Origin: an uncultured Alteromonadaceae bacterium
Lineage (GTDB): Bacteria; Pseudomonadota; Gammaproteobacteria; Enterobacterales; Alteromonadaceae
Direction of reading: 5' to 3'
Assembly (NCBI GenBank): GCA_938085045.1
Contig: CALKGI010000018.1
Coordinates: 1 to 64,000, forward strand
Length of the DNA stretch: 64,000 nucleotides
The first letter of the stretch is position 1, and every line of letters starts with the position of its first letter. Below are positions 11,650 through 21,252 of the stretch, piece by piece. The notes beneath the pieces are model-generated. The model was given only the letters and a program-made list of their open reading frames with translations, was not told the DNA's origin and did no database searches. A program made the position numbers and the translations under genes.

Positions 11650-12441
11650 ATGAAAAAAATATCGCTGCGAGGATTTGGGCTTTTCGGCATTGTGTTATTT
11701 TTACCCTTATTTATTCTGACATTTGCCGATGCCAATTTGATAGAACGCTCTGCCAACACTTTTATTACGTGGAAGCTTCAATCTGAGACAGACAAGAAAA
11801 TCGATTCAGTTCAATTGCCCGCTGCTAGCAAGTTTGAGCGTCTATTGGGTGACAAAGCCAAAAAGCTACGCCAACAAGCCGAACAAAAACTGATACTCAT
11901 AAAGCAGCAGCTCAAAGCTGATGCACCTTCTATTCTTGCTGCTCAGCTAACCAAATTGAGCAAAAAGGATTGCGAATGCCGGAAGAAGTGGGCACAAAGG
12001 TTAAGACACTTAAAAGAAATGGAGCTGGCCAGCCTACAAAAGGCCAAAGCCAAACTCATCGATTTCAGTCATGCAAAGTATATGGAGATCACCCAAAAAC
12101 TCACCTTAGACGTGCGAATATTCCTTGGCACCAATTCAGTTATATTTGTTTTACTATTGTTCATTTCTTTTATGAAACCGGCAGCGATATCACACCTGTT
12201 TTTACCGGGCGGATTGCTGTTGATTTCAACACTGGTTTCCTCTTACTTCTATCTTTTCGAACAAAACTGGTTCTACACCATACTTTATAATGACTATACC
12301 GGTTATAGCTTTATCGGTTATCTACTGTTGGTTTTTGCCATTCTCTGTGACATTGTTTTTAACAAAGCAAGAGTCACGACTGAGGTTATTAATGCCTGTT
12401 TACAACTTGTCGGGCAGGCAGCTAGTTTGGTGTCTTGTTGA
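11650..12441 (+). CDS. Hypothetical membrane protein (N-terminal TM, coiled-coil, C-terminal TM segments)
   Basis: ORF with a GAGGAG SD before the ATG at 11650; no recognisable domain. Confidence 0.5.
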   Translation: MKKISLRGFGLFGIVLFLPLFILTFADANLIERSANTFITWKLQSETDKKIDSVQLPAASKFERLLGDKAKKLRQQAEQKLILIKQQLKADAPSILAAQLTKLSKKDCECRKKWAQRLRHLKEMELASLQKAKAKLIDFSHAKYMEITQKLTLDVRIFLGTNSVIFVLLLFISFMKPAAISHLFLPGGLLLISTLVSSYFYLFEQNWFYTILYNDYTGYSFIGYLLLVFAILCDIVFNKARVTTEVINACLQLVGQAASLVSC

Positions 12442-12838
12442 TTTGTTGATTTGTTGATGCACTCGATTGCCAAGGCAAAGCTTTTGAATCTACCTTTTTA
12501 GAACAATAAGCGGGTAATCTATTGGTTTTAGAAGCAATATTATTGTCGTAACTCGCTACGGGCATTTGGCGAGTTAGATTTTAGGTTTATTTTACGCTTC
12601 AAACCAAACTTTTTATTATCCAAACTTTTTGTTGGTGACTACATAAAAAAACTGGTTAATAAATGAGCTCCATGAACTATCGTGCCACTTCCTTCCTCTT
12701 ATACCTGCAAAGCATTTAACCTGTTGTTTTAGATTATTTTATTCTCAATGGATTGTGCAATAAACAACCAGTGCAACTATTATTTACTATACTTATGTAC
12801 AGTGGTTTATTAATAGATATGACGTCAAGGAGAATAGA

Positions 12839-14293
12839 ATGATTACAAATGATAATTACTTATTTGATAGCGCCAATGATGATTACAAGTACGACAGTGA
12901 TGCTGAACTTGGCGACAAAATTACTGAGCTGTCTGGGCGTATTAATGCTGCTGCGTACTGCTTTTTAAAGATGGTGGCTGCTTTTGATTGTCGTAAAGGC
13001 TGGTGCGATGGCTGCATTAAATCTTGCTCACACTGGTTAAACTGGAAATGCGGCATGACTTTTACCACGGCTCGCGAAAAACTTCGGGTCGCCCATTGCC
13101 TTGAAAACCTACCCCACATTAATAAAGCATTTGAATCTGGTTTGGTCAGTTATTCCAAAGTGCGTGCTATGACTAGAATTGCTACGGACGATAACGAAGA
13201 GATTTTGTTAAGCGTTGCCATGGGCGGCACCGCAAACGACATGGATAAACTGATTCGTAGGTACCAACGGGTAGATGAAAATCAAAACCCCATTGAACAA
13301 GAGGATGAGTATCAACAGCGAAAGTTGAACTACTATCAGGATAATGAAGGCATGTGGGTGCTACGTACCAGATTACCCCAAGTTGAAGGTGGCTTGCTGA
13401 TAAAAGCCATAGAAGAAATTATGAGGCAAGAGGATAGAAATGCTTCAGCGGAAGCACCAAAGAAGGGACGGCTCGATGTACCAGCCGTTGAAAAAGCCAG
13501 TTACAGCCAAAGACGGGCAGATGCTATGTCTGTGTTGGTCGAACATTTCATCGCTACGGCAACTGTTGATGATGAAAATGGTGGTGCTCAGCCATTGGCT
13601 GGTCATGAACGCTGTCAGGTGGTTTTACATTTGAACGTTGATACTTTAAAAGCAGAACATGAACACCAGCATGAGCTAGACCATGAGCACGGTGAAAGTT
13701 GCAGCTGTAATCACGATTCTCCGGCGAATATGGACTATCAGTGGATTTCTATGGCTAATGCCAAACGATTTAGTAGCGATGCCAGTTTGTATACGGTTTT
13801 GGAAGATAAATACGGTAACGTTTTGAATTTAAGTCGAAAAACCAGAACCATTACCACAGCACTTGGGCGAGCGTTACACATACGTGATGAAACCTGCCGC
13901 TTTCCCGGCTGCTGTGCAAACAAGTATGTTGATTTTCATCACATCCAGCACTGGGGCAATGGTGGAAAGACAGAGCCGGATAATCTGATTAAACTTTGCC
14001 GCTTTCACCATAGCCAGCTACATAAAGGGCACTTCACAATACTTTTACAACGGCAAACCTACAAGAACTATGGTCAGAAGTGGATATTCAAAAACGCCGA
14101 AGGTGAAGTCATCGAACCTTGTCCCTTACTGGCAGCACCACGTTCAAGAACGGGGATCAAGGACTTTATGGAAGCACAATGGCCACAGATAAACAGCCAA
14201 ACCGGGGTTTCTCATTGGCAGGGTAAGCCACTGAATTATTCAAAGGCAATTGGCGATTTAATTCGATGTAAACATCGTCACAGACTTAATTAA
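12839..14293 (+). CDS. DUF222-like N-terminal region plus HNH endonuclease domain protein
   Basis: C-terminal HNH signature …CRFPGCCANKYVDFHHIQHWGNGGKTEPDNLIKLCRFHHSQLH; AT-rich gene flanked by about 400-bp AT-rich spacers. Confidence 0.7.
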   Translation: MITNDNYLFDSANDDYKYDSDAELGDKITELSGRINAAAYCFLKMVAAFDCRKGWCDGCIKSCSHWLNWKCGMTFTTAREKLRVAHCLENLPHINKAFESGLVSYSKVRAMTRIATDDNEEILLSVAMGGTANDMDKLIRRYQRVDENQNPIEQEDEYQQRKLNYYQDNEGMWVLRTRLPQVEGGLLIKAIEEIMRQEDRNASAEAPKKGRLDVPAVEKASYSQRRADAMSVLVEHFIATATVDDENGGAQPLAGHERCQVVLHLNVDTLKAEHEHQHELDHEHGESCSCNHDSPANMDYQWISMANAKRFSSDASLYTVLEDKYGNVLNLSRKTRTITTALGRALHIRDETCRFPGCCANKYVDFHHIQHWGNGGKTEPDNLIKLCRFHHSQLHKGHFTILLQRQTYKNYGQKWIFKNAEGEVIEPCPLLAAPRSRTGIKDFMEAQWPQINSQTGVSHWQGKPLNYSKAIGDLIRCKHRHRLN

Positions 14294-14574
14294 ATAATGA
14301 TGTAAAAAGGAGCTGATTTTAGGCTTTTTTAGGGGAGCTACGCTCTGGCAAGTCACTAATTTTACTGTCTGCAAAAATGCTTTGCCCACAATGCAATAGA
14401 ATAATTGGCAGTCTGTGTAGCGGGACTTCCTTGTGTGACGTGCTCAAATTCTGTTAAAATCCGCCTGAAAATCAAGCTGAGTCAACTGACGCAGCGAAGC
14501 GAGTATTTATCTAATTATGCAGACAATGATAGGTAGGTGCTTAAATTTAGTATGTACGGAGTTATAAGACAATA

Positions 14575-14907
14575 ATGAATATATTGAAAACGGTAGGATT
14601 ATTATTACTATTGGTGAGCAGTAATAGCTTTGCTGGTGAGTTGGTGAAAAATGCGGAAATTGATTCAATAGGCTCCTCATCTGATGGATTAACCGATAAT
14701 TTTTATATTAGGATAAAAGGCGGTGAAGGCGTTTGCGCAAATTCAAACATTTTCTTTAAAAGAACAGCCACCATGTCGCCTGAGTTTTTTAATCGGTTAT
14801 ATTCAACAGCTTTGGCGGCTTATACCACTAATGCTAAAAATGTTAGGGTTTATAATCCTGCTAATGATCAGTGTAATACGGCCACTTTTATTCAAATGAC
14901 AAAGTAA
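14575..14907 (+). CDS. Small secreted protein (signal peptide, about 90-aa mature, two Cys), unknown function
   Basis: MNILKTVGLLLLLVSSNSFAGE… signal peptide; Cys54 and Cys100 are the only cysteines, so a single disulfide is likely. Confidence 0.5.
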   Translation: MNILKTVGLLLLLVSSNSFAGELVKNAEIDSIGSSSDGLTDNFYIRIKGGEGVCANSNIFFKRTATMSPEFFNRLYSTALAAYTTNAKNVRVYNPANDQCNTATFIQMTK

Positions 14908-15358
14908 TAATAAAGCCTTACGGCGGATGTCCTCTTGAATTAGGTGTTATAAGATGTCCGCTGTAAGGGGTGTAACAATCCTACCAAAGTAAGAACTACC
15001 ATCCTGCGTTACCTCTCCTTTAAATTAAACATTCTATTTGGATATAACTATGTCTATATAGATATAAATATATCAAAATGACAAATCGAAAGATCTCATC
15101 TAAAACCTCAAAAATAAAATAAACCTAAATAAAATCAATGTTATAAAAATAAATCTCACCACTGGTCAAACTCTGGCACCCAACTTGATATACCCCATAC
15201 GTGTTTGATTGATATGGCTGAGTGTTTTACTACTCACCGGTGCGTCAGGTTTTACCGCAACGTATACCTCAATGTTAAAAACACCTACTTGAATGCCAAT
15301 TTACGGCACTGATATAGGGTATCAGCTTTGCAAGCTCAACACTTGCTCAAGTAACTAC

Positions 15359-15433
15359 TTTGCTAGTAGCTCAACGGTAGAGCAGTGGACGAATAATCCA
15401 TTTGTTGTGGGTTCGATTCCCACCAGCAAACCA
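15359..15433 (+). tRNA. tRNA-like sequence, probably a degenerate or pseudo tRNA (Lys/Ile-like scaffold)
   Basis: Canonical D-arm (TAGCTCAACGGTAGAGC) and T-arm (GTGGGTTCGATTCCCAC), but the acceptor stem has a mismatch or register problem and the anticodon loop CGAATAA has G33 and A34. Confidence 0.45.
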
Positions 15434-15608
15434 TAAATAACCGGGAAACCGGATAGGCAATAAACAGCTAGGACCAATGTTTCAATGTCGCTGCAACTGC
15501 CATTAGCTTCGCAAGCGGGAATGCTCCCGAAGCAAATGCCACAGCAAGCCATGAAGATAACAAGTCTGAACCTTTACTGCCGTAACTAAATTAAATGAGG
15601 AAAAGAAG

Positions 15609-15818
15609 ATGATTGGAGTAAACGCAAGACTTATCACAACCGGCAGCAACAGAGTATTTGTTAACGGCAGACCATTATTTGATGAGTTCGGTCAACTGAA
15701 CAAAGTTGATTACCACAGTGGTTTTACGCTGAGATTTGGCAACAAAGTTGTTGATTATAGTGATAGCGCTAACGACAGCAATTTCGCCTGCAATGCCGAC
15801 ACCGACCAATTATCTTAA
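15609..15818 (+). CDS. Small hypothetical protein (69 aa) immediately upstream of the SPFH gene
   Basis: Good SD (aaatGAGGAAAAgaagATG); no TM and no known motif. Confidence 0.35.
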   Translation: MIGVNARLITTGSNRVFVNGRPLFDEFGQLNKVDYHSGFTLRFGNKVVDYSDSANDSNFACNADTDQLS

Positions 15819-15828
15819 AGGAAAGAAC

Positions 15829-16989
15829 ATGTTTGGATTATCACAAAATATCGTTGTAGCAGAAAATCAACGCGCCTTTTTATACCGCGACCAGCAGTTT
15901 GAGCAGTTGTTAAAACCTGGCAAACACAAAATCTGGTGCGGGTTAGATGAAGTCACTCATAAAATCTTTGAGCTTAATGACATGTACTTCACTGAACAGC
16001 TTGGTCATCGCATGGTGGTAGAGCATCAACAAATTGCCGACCAAATTCATGACTGGCTGATTGCCACCAACGAGGTTGGGGTTTTGTATCTTAACGAGCG
16101 TATTCATCGGCTGGTTGCCCCCGGTGAGCGCTTTTTGGTTTGGCGAGATGTCGGTGATGTCCGATTAGAGCGTTTGGATATCAATCAAGATATCAATGTC
16201 GACAGCGAGTTACTCAATGCGATGAACCGGCGGGGACTGAACAAAGCCAGTCGTCTGTTGGTGGGTAAGTCATCAAACGCCATTGCACCTGTCGCTGAGG
16301 TTTTGGTACCACACGAACAACTGGGGTTACTGTACGTAGACGGTGAGTTTGTGAAAACCCTGTCACCGGGTAAATACGGTTTTTGGCAGCTCAATAAAAA
16401 AATCGAGTGCCGGCTCTACGACTTAAAAAGTCAGACTATGGAGATCAGCGGGCAAGAAATTTTGACCAAAGACCGCGTGAGCTTGCGACTGAATTTGTCG
16501 GCCAATATTCGCTTAACCGATGTAAAACTGGCAGCAGACTCGGTAGATGACGTTAAAGATTATATCTACAAAAGTATGCAACTGGCTTTGCGTGAGGCTG
16601 TTGGCACCAAAACTTTAGATGATTTGTTGGTAGACAAACTGTATATCAACGAAACGGTTAAAGAAGTGGTGATTGAAGACTTAGCCCGTGTTGGGGTGAC
16701 GCTTGAAAGGGTAGGGCTTAAAGATATTATCTTGCCCGGTGAGATGAAAACCATTCTCAACCAAGTGGTCGAGGCACAAAAAACCGCTGAAGCGAATGTT
16801 ATTCGGCGCAGGGAAGAAACATCGGCAACACGCAGTTTGCACAATACTGCAAAGTTAATGGAAAACAACCCTACGTTACTGCGCTTAAAAGAGTTGGAGT
16901 CGCTCGAAAAAGTGGCTGAACAGGTGAATCAAATCAACGTTTACGGGGGTTTAGAGAACCTGATGAATGGCACGGTGAAGTTGGTTTGA
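15829..16989 (+). CDS. SPFH/band-7 (stomatin/HflC-like) domain protein
   Basis: SPFH core (…EISGQEILTKDRVSLRLNLSANIRLTDV…) plus a C-terminal coiled-coil; start chosen at the ATG with the AAGGAAAG SD rather than the upstream ATG at 15736. Confidence 0.7.
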   Translation: MFGLSQNIVVAENQRAFLYRDQQFEQLLKPGKHKIWCGLDEVTHKIFELNDMYFTEQLGHRMVVEHQQIADQIHDWLIATNEVGVLYLNERIHRLVAPGERFLVWRDVGDVRLERLDINQDINVDSELLNAMNRRGLNKASRLLVGKSSNAIAPVAEVLVPHEQLGLLYVDGEFVKTLSPGKYGFWQLNKKIECRLYDLKSQTMEISGQEILTKDRVSLRLNLSANIRLTDVKLAADSVDDVKDYIYKSMQLALREAVGTKTLDDLLVDKLYINETVKEVVIEDLARVGVTLERVGLKDIILPGEMKTILNQVVEAQKTAEANVIRRREETSATRSLHNTAKLMENNPTLLRLKELESLEKVAEQVNQINVYGGLENLMNGTVKLV

Positions 16990-17016
16990 TGTTTGGCAGG
17001 CAAACCTGCCAAACAT

Positions 17017-17970
17017 TTAAAGCGCAAAAAAACGGTCGGCAACGCTTTGCCAATCACCCAATTCATCGCAACCGGGCACCTGCTGTAATACGTAGGCCAT
17101 TTCTCCGGTATGACGCAGTAACGCCAATGCCATTAGGTGTTGTGCAAACTGTTTTTTATCTTCTATTTTAAACTTATAGCCATCAAATAACGCCTGATTG
17201 ACCACTTTGTTGCCAAGGCCCATCAAAATAGACGAGGTGGCATATTCGAAATATCGGTCGTTGCCGATAAACGCATCGCCAAAGTCTATAACGCCAGATA
17301 AATGCCATTGACCATCAATCTTTTCAGCCAATAAATTGCCCGGATGCAAGTCGGTATGAACCAAACATGGGCGGTTGTACACTGGCTGATAATCAACTCT
17401 TTCGACAAAGTCTAAAATGTCGTCGAGCAACGGCCCAGTTAACCCCTGTTTTTTACGTTTTTCAACGCAGTTTTCTTTTTGTTCTTTTAAAAATGCTGGC
17501 CAGTCGAGACACAATGAAGAGTCTTCAGGCACTGCAATAGCATGTAACTGATTGGCAAACTCAGCGACTTGCCTAACGATGATACATTGATTCTCTTCAT
17601 CTAAATCAGTCCAAATCTCGTGCAAGTTAGTGCCCGGTAATTTGTCTATTATTACGTACAACCAACCGTTAACCTCGCCATCAGCAAACAATTTTGGAAT
17701 GGCTGCTGGTAGTGAACAGCCTGCCAAAAGCGTTAATGAAGCCAACTCTCGTTCGCCTTGCGAGGCCCAGTTGGGTGGTACTATTTTGACAATGTACTGA
17801 CCATCAAGGTCAAAAATACCGTTGGTCCAGCCGTTGATTTTCTTTATGCTGTTAAAGCTTATGCCGTGCAACTGACAAATGTGTTCGACATGTGGTCGCC
17901 AAAATTCAACATCGTCGCCATCAATTAGCTCACAAGCTAAGTCATATTCGGGATTTAGGGGCAAAGTCAT
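17017..17970 (-). CDS. Aminoglycoside/choline-kinase-like phosphotransferase (APH family)
   Basis: HTDLHPGNLL catalytic loop and IDFGDA Mg-binding motif. Confidence 0.75.
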   Translation of the reverse strand: MTLPLNPEYDLACELIDGDDVEFWRPHVEHICQLHGISFNSIKKINGWTNGIFDLDGQYIVKIVPPNWASQGERELASLTLLAGCSLPAAIPKLFADGEVNGWLYVIIDKLPGTNLHEIWTDLDEENQCIIVRQVAEFANQLHAIAVPEDSSLCLDWPAFLKEQKENCVEKRKKQGLTGPLLDDILDFVERVDYQPVYNRPCLVHTDLHPGNLLAEKIDGQWHLSGVIDFGDAFIGNDRYFEYATSSILMGLGNKVVNQALFDGYKFKIEDKKQFAQHLMALALLRHTGEMAYVLQQVPGCDELGDWQSVADRFFAL

Positions 17971-18431
17971 GATTTAGTCAAAGCCTCCCTTACCATAGAG
18001 ATATGTGGAATATCGTCTTCAAGATAAACATCACCTATGGTCTTGAAGTCGTGCTGGTGGTAATAGTTTTGTAGGTGTTCTTGAGCAGACATATGAATGT
18101 TGTTATCTGGCCATGCTTGTTCACAGGCTTTAATGCCTTGTTGAATTAAATCATGCCCCAAACTGCGCCCTCTGGCTTGCGGGGCAATGATCACCCGGCC
18201 AATGGCTGACTCGTTGTCATACACCACGCCCGGTGCAAGACAGCGCAAATAAGCGATGATCTCGTCGTTTTCGAATGCGTAAATATGCAGGGTGTCGTCG
18301 TTACAGTCAATGCCGTCTAGGTCGGGGTAATAGCAGGTTTGTTCAACCACAAATACGTCGATGCGCAGTTTGAGAATGTCGTACAGAATTTTGGTGGTTA
18401 ACTGACTAAAGGTATGGGTATACCATTGCAT
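17967..18431 (-). CDS. GNAT family N-acetyltransferase (ElaA-like)
   Basis: 154-aa GNAT fold motifs; its stop overlaps the downstream APH start (ATGA overlap). Confidence 0.7.
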   Translation of the reverse strand: MQWYTHTFSQLTTKILYDILKLRIDVFVVEQTCYYPDLDGIDCNDDTLHIYAFENDEIIAYLRCLAPGVVYDNESAIGRVIIAPQARGRSLGHDLIQQGIKACEQAWPDNNIHMSAQEHLQNYYHQHDFKTIGDVYLEDDIPHISMVREALTKS

Positions 18432-18512
18432 GTAAATGGCCTCAGATTGTTGTTATATTCGCTTTTTTGAGTATATCAGCATCTGTAACAATGGCTCGCA
18501 TTTTTGACCTGA

Positions 18513-19259
18513 TTGGTCAATAATGCGCAAAACTTTTCAGCAAACTCAGTACCCATGTCTGCCTTCGAATATCAGCTACAACGCTCTATGCGCCGCAAAA
18601 CTTTGTCTATTGTCATTCGTCGTGGCGAGGTTAAAGTGTTGGCACCTGTGTTTTTGTCTAAAAATACCATCGCTGAATTTATTGTCGCCAAAACCCCGTG
18701 GATTCTACAAAAGCTACAAACCCAAAAAGCATGGGTTGAACAAAATGATCAGGAGCAAAAACAGTTTGTTGAAGGTGAAACATTTTTGTATTTGGGCGAA
18801 TCGTATCCTTTGTCGGTCGGGGCGGCCAGTAAAAGCGAAGTGACATTACACAACGGTTATTTCATCGTTAATGTGTCAAACCGAGTGAAACCCGAAAACC
18901 GTGCAAATCACATCAAAGGGCTGATGCAAGACTGGTATAAACAGCAATTAAGTGATTATTTAGATCACCAAATTGCGCATTTTGCCGATGTGATAGGTGT
19001 GGTTCATACGGGTGTGAATGTACGTTCATATAAAAGACGATGGGGTTCGTGCAGTTCTAAAGGTCAGTTGAGCTTTAATTTTTTATTGATGATGGCACCG
19101 AGCTGGGTCATTGATTATGTGATTGTGCACGAGTTGTGTCATTTGACCCATATGAACCATTCGCCGCGCTTTTGGGCTATGGTTCAGCAGTTTTATCCCC
19201 GCCATAAAGAGGCTAAGGCTTGGCTTAAGGTCGAGGGTGGGAACCTGCGGCTGGAGTGA
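18513..19259 (+). CDS. YgjP/DUF45 (SprT-like) zinc metallopeptidase-fold protein
   Basis: WGSCSS…VHELCHLTHMNHSPRFW (HExxH) motif; the true start may be the ATG at 18555. Confidence 0.75.
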   Translation: MVNNAQNFSANSVPMSAFEYQLQRSMRRKTLSIVIRRGEVKVLAPVFLSKNTIAEFIVAKTPWILQKLQTQKAWVEQNDQEQKQFVEGETFLYLGESYPLSVGAASKSEVTLHNGYFIVNVSNRVKPENRANHIKGLMQDWYKQQLSDYLDHQIAHFADVIGVVHTGVNVRSYKRRWGSCSSKGQLSFNFLLMMAPSWVIDYVIVHELCHLTHMNHSPRFWAMVQQFYPRHKEAKAWLKVEGGNLRLE

Positions 19260-19295
19260 GGCTGGTGGCTGGTGGCTTGTTACTTTAAAAGATCT

Positions 19296-19340
19296 CACAC
19301 GGAGACGCGTGACCCCGTGTCCCCGTGTGAAGCTTTTGAC
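19296..19340. repeat. Solo right-end fragment of the CCGTG-repeat MITE family (see 22779-23432)
   Basis: cacacggagacgcgtgaccccgtgtccccgtgtgaagcttttgac shares the …CCGTGTGAAGCTTTTGAC terminus with the other copies. Confidence 0.55.
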
Positions 19341-19360
19341 CTAACTCCTAACTCCTAACC

Positions 19361-20707
19361 CTAAATAATATTCTTAATCACAGTATCAGCCTTGGTGCCC
19401 TTGATGGTGCGCAGTAGTTTGCGTACAGGTCTTGGGTAGTCCTTCATGGTCTCTAATTCTTTAAAGTTAGCAATCCTTTTGGTGTGCACCAAAATTGTCT
19501 CAAGTTCGTTATCAAACGCGGGTTTGAGGTTTTGCTGGTGGTCATCTATCAGCAGGCCATTTTCTAAATCCAATCGCCAAGCCCTAGGGTTTAAATTGTT
19601 GCCGGTGATCAAGTGTAATTGGTCATCAGAGCTGATGCCCTTGAGGTGAAAACTGTTGTTTTCATGATTCCACAAGTGAATATTCAGCAGGCCACTATTG
19701 ACAAATTTTTGATTGCGCGCAATAAAACGGCGTAAGTTAGATTCGTAAATATACGGCAAACCGCCAATGGTGGTGAACGGTTGGTCGGGTGGAATATAAA
19801 AATCGTTGGCGGTTTTGTCACCAATAACTATGGTGATTTGACGGCCTTTTTTCAGCAGCTTTCTGACTTCTCTGGCAAGTACTGGCGGCAGGTTAAAATA
19901 GGGGGTAAGCATCACCAGCTTTTGCTCACAAGCGCGGATCATCGAACGGATGGTTTTATTCAATTCATTGCGCCTAAAACCCAAACCGACCAAAGGCGTA
20001 ATGGCCACACCACTATGGGCTATAGGCATGTTTTTAACATCGTAAGCGGCGCTGACCAAATTACGCTTGAGGCGCAACACGTCTTTTTTCATTTCTTTAA
20101 CTGAAGGCACGTTTTCGTCGGTTAACAACTTAACCGCCGCTGACTCAACAAAATACTGTTGTAAAAAGTCAACCATGGCATTGGCTAAATCGCCTTGCTT
20201 AATCACATGGTAACGGTCATATCGGTAGCGGTTTTCTTGATGCAAGTAAATGTCGTTGATGCTGGCGCCACTGAATAACACCGTTTGGTCAAATACAAAA
20301 CCTTTTAAATGCAAAACACCTAACAGTTCTTTAGATTTTACGGGCACGCCATAAATGTCTATGCCGTGCTCATATTGATTTTGACATTCGCGGTAAAAAC
20401 CGGCATTGCCGGGATGTTTTTCTTCGCCAATCAAACCGCGCTGGGCTCGATGAAAATCAACGAATATTTTGATGTCCATTGTCGGCGTGGCTTGTTTGGC
20501 CTTGTACAGGGCGTGAAGTATTTCTTGTCCGGCGGCATCATCTTGCAAATATAAAGCTGAAATATAAATTCGCTGGGTTGCTGTGGCAATTAACGACAGT
20601 AATTTGCTCTTGAAAGCCACGGCAGTGGTTAAAATCTCAAAATCTTCGGTAGGCAGCGCCAATTTAGGCAAGGTCTGCAAGTACAGTTGGTCTTTTTTCT
20701 TACGCAT
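19361..20707 (-). CDS. pssA: CDP-diacylglycerol--serine O-phosphatidyltransferase (PLD-type PssA)
   Basis: Strong collinear similarity to E. coli PssA (…ALYLQDD…VDFHRAQRG…HLKGF…GASINDIYLHQ…YRYDRYH… and a second HxK motif HLKGISSDD). Start taken at the internal Met (MRKKKDQ…). Confidence 0.85.
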   Translation of the reverse strand: MRKKKDQLYLQTLPKLALPTEDFEILTTAVAFKSKLLSLIATATQRIYISALYLQDDAAGQEILHALYKAKQATPTMDIKIFVDFHRAQRGLIGEEKHPGNAGFYRECQNQYEHGIDIYGVPVKSKELLGVLHLKGFVFDQTVLFSGASINDIYLHQENRYRYDRYHVIKQGDLANAMVDFLQQYFVESAAVKLLTDENVPSVKEMKKDVLRLKRNLVSAAYDVKNMPIAHSGVAITPLVGLGFRRNELNKTIRSMIRACEQKLVMLTPYFNLPPVLAREVRKLLKKGRQITIVIGDKTANDFYIPPDQPFTTIGGLPYIYESNLRRFIARNQKFVNSGLLNIHLWNHENNSFHLKGISSDDQLHLITGNNLNPRAWRLDLENGLLIDDHQQNLKPAFDNELETILVHTKRIANFKELETMKDYPRPVRKLLRTIKGTKADTVIKNII

Positions 20708-20872
20708 GATGGTAAAACGGTATCCTAAAAACTGCCGGGTCACGGCCAATGTCACACAAATTACTTTTTATTGACGCACAGGTCAATTTTTTCAGCATTT
20801 ATCTGAGTAAATTAGCTCAGAGTCCTGCTAGACTGGCTGTATAAAACACCTATAACGTTATTGAGGCTATAA

Positions 20873-21238
20873 ATGAGCGAACACGAAAAAATCAATTATA
20901 TCGAATTTCCAACCAGCGACATCGAAGCAACTAAAGCATTCTACACAAAGTCCTTCGATTGGTCGTTTGAAGACTACGGACCAGACTATTGTTGCGTAAC
21001 CAATGCCGAAATTGGCGTGGGTTTTTATCGGGCAGCACTGAATTCTTCGACCGACAACGGGGCAGCTTTAGTGGTGTTTTACTCTAAAACACTCGAACAA
21101 ACCCAACAGAAAATCGAATCTAACGGTGGCAAAACAATTAAACCAACATTTGCCTTTCCCGGTGGCCGTCGCTTTCATTTTGCCGACCCTAATGGCAACG
21201 AATTTGCCGTTTGGTCAGACATTGATAAACAAGACTAA
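20873..21238 (+). CDS. VOC/glyoxalase-bleomycin-resistance family protein
   Basis: 121 aa with the VOC fold pattern. Confidence 0.6.
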   Translation: MSEHEKINYIEFPTSDIEATKAFYTKSFDWSFEDYGPDYCCVTNAEIGVGFYRAALNSSTDNGAALVVFYSKTLEQTQQKIESNGGKTIKPTFAFPGGRRFHFADPNGNEFAVWSDIDKQD

Positions 21239-21252
21239 GGTCAGTATTTGAC

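Noticed and set aside
11970-12290. 106-aa plus-strand ORF in an alternative frame inside the 11650-12441 membrane-protein gene
   Set aside because: It is nested in another frame of a longer ORF that has an SD and TM-segment logic, so it is likely spurious.
12438-12462. Short tandem repeats TTGTTGAT x3 (also GATTAAAA x3 at 58758-58781 and CTAACTC x2 at 19341-19354)
   Set aside because: They are too short and few to call a VNTR or CRISPR. No CRISPR-like array with regular spacers is present anywhere in the window.
14912-14978. Imperfect hairpin CCTTACGGCGG…CCGCTGTAAGG after the small secreted-protein gene
   Set aside because: It has a large 38-nt loop and no U-tract, so it is a weak terminator candidate only.
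15355-15552. 65-aa Cys-rich minus-strand ORF
   Set aside because: It overlaps the tRNA-like sequence and has no SD. It is a chance ORF in AT-rich DNA.
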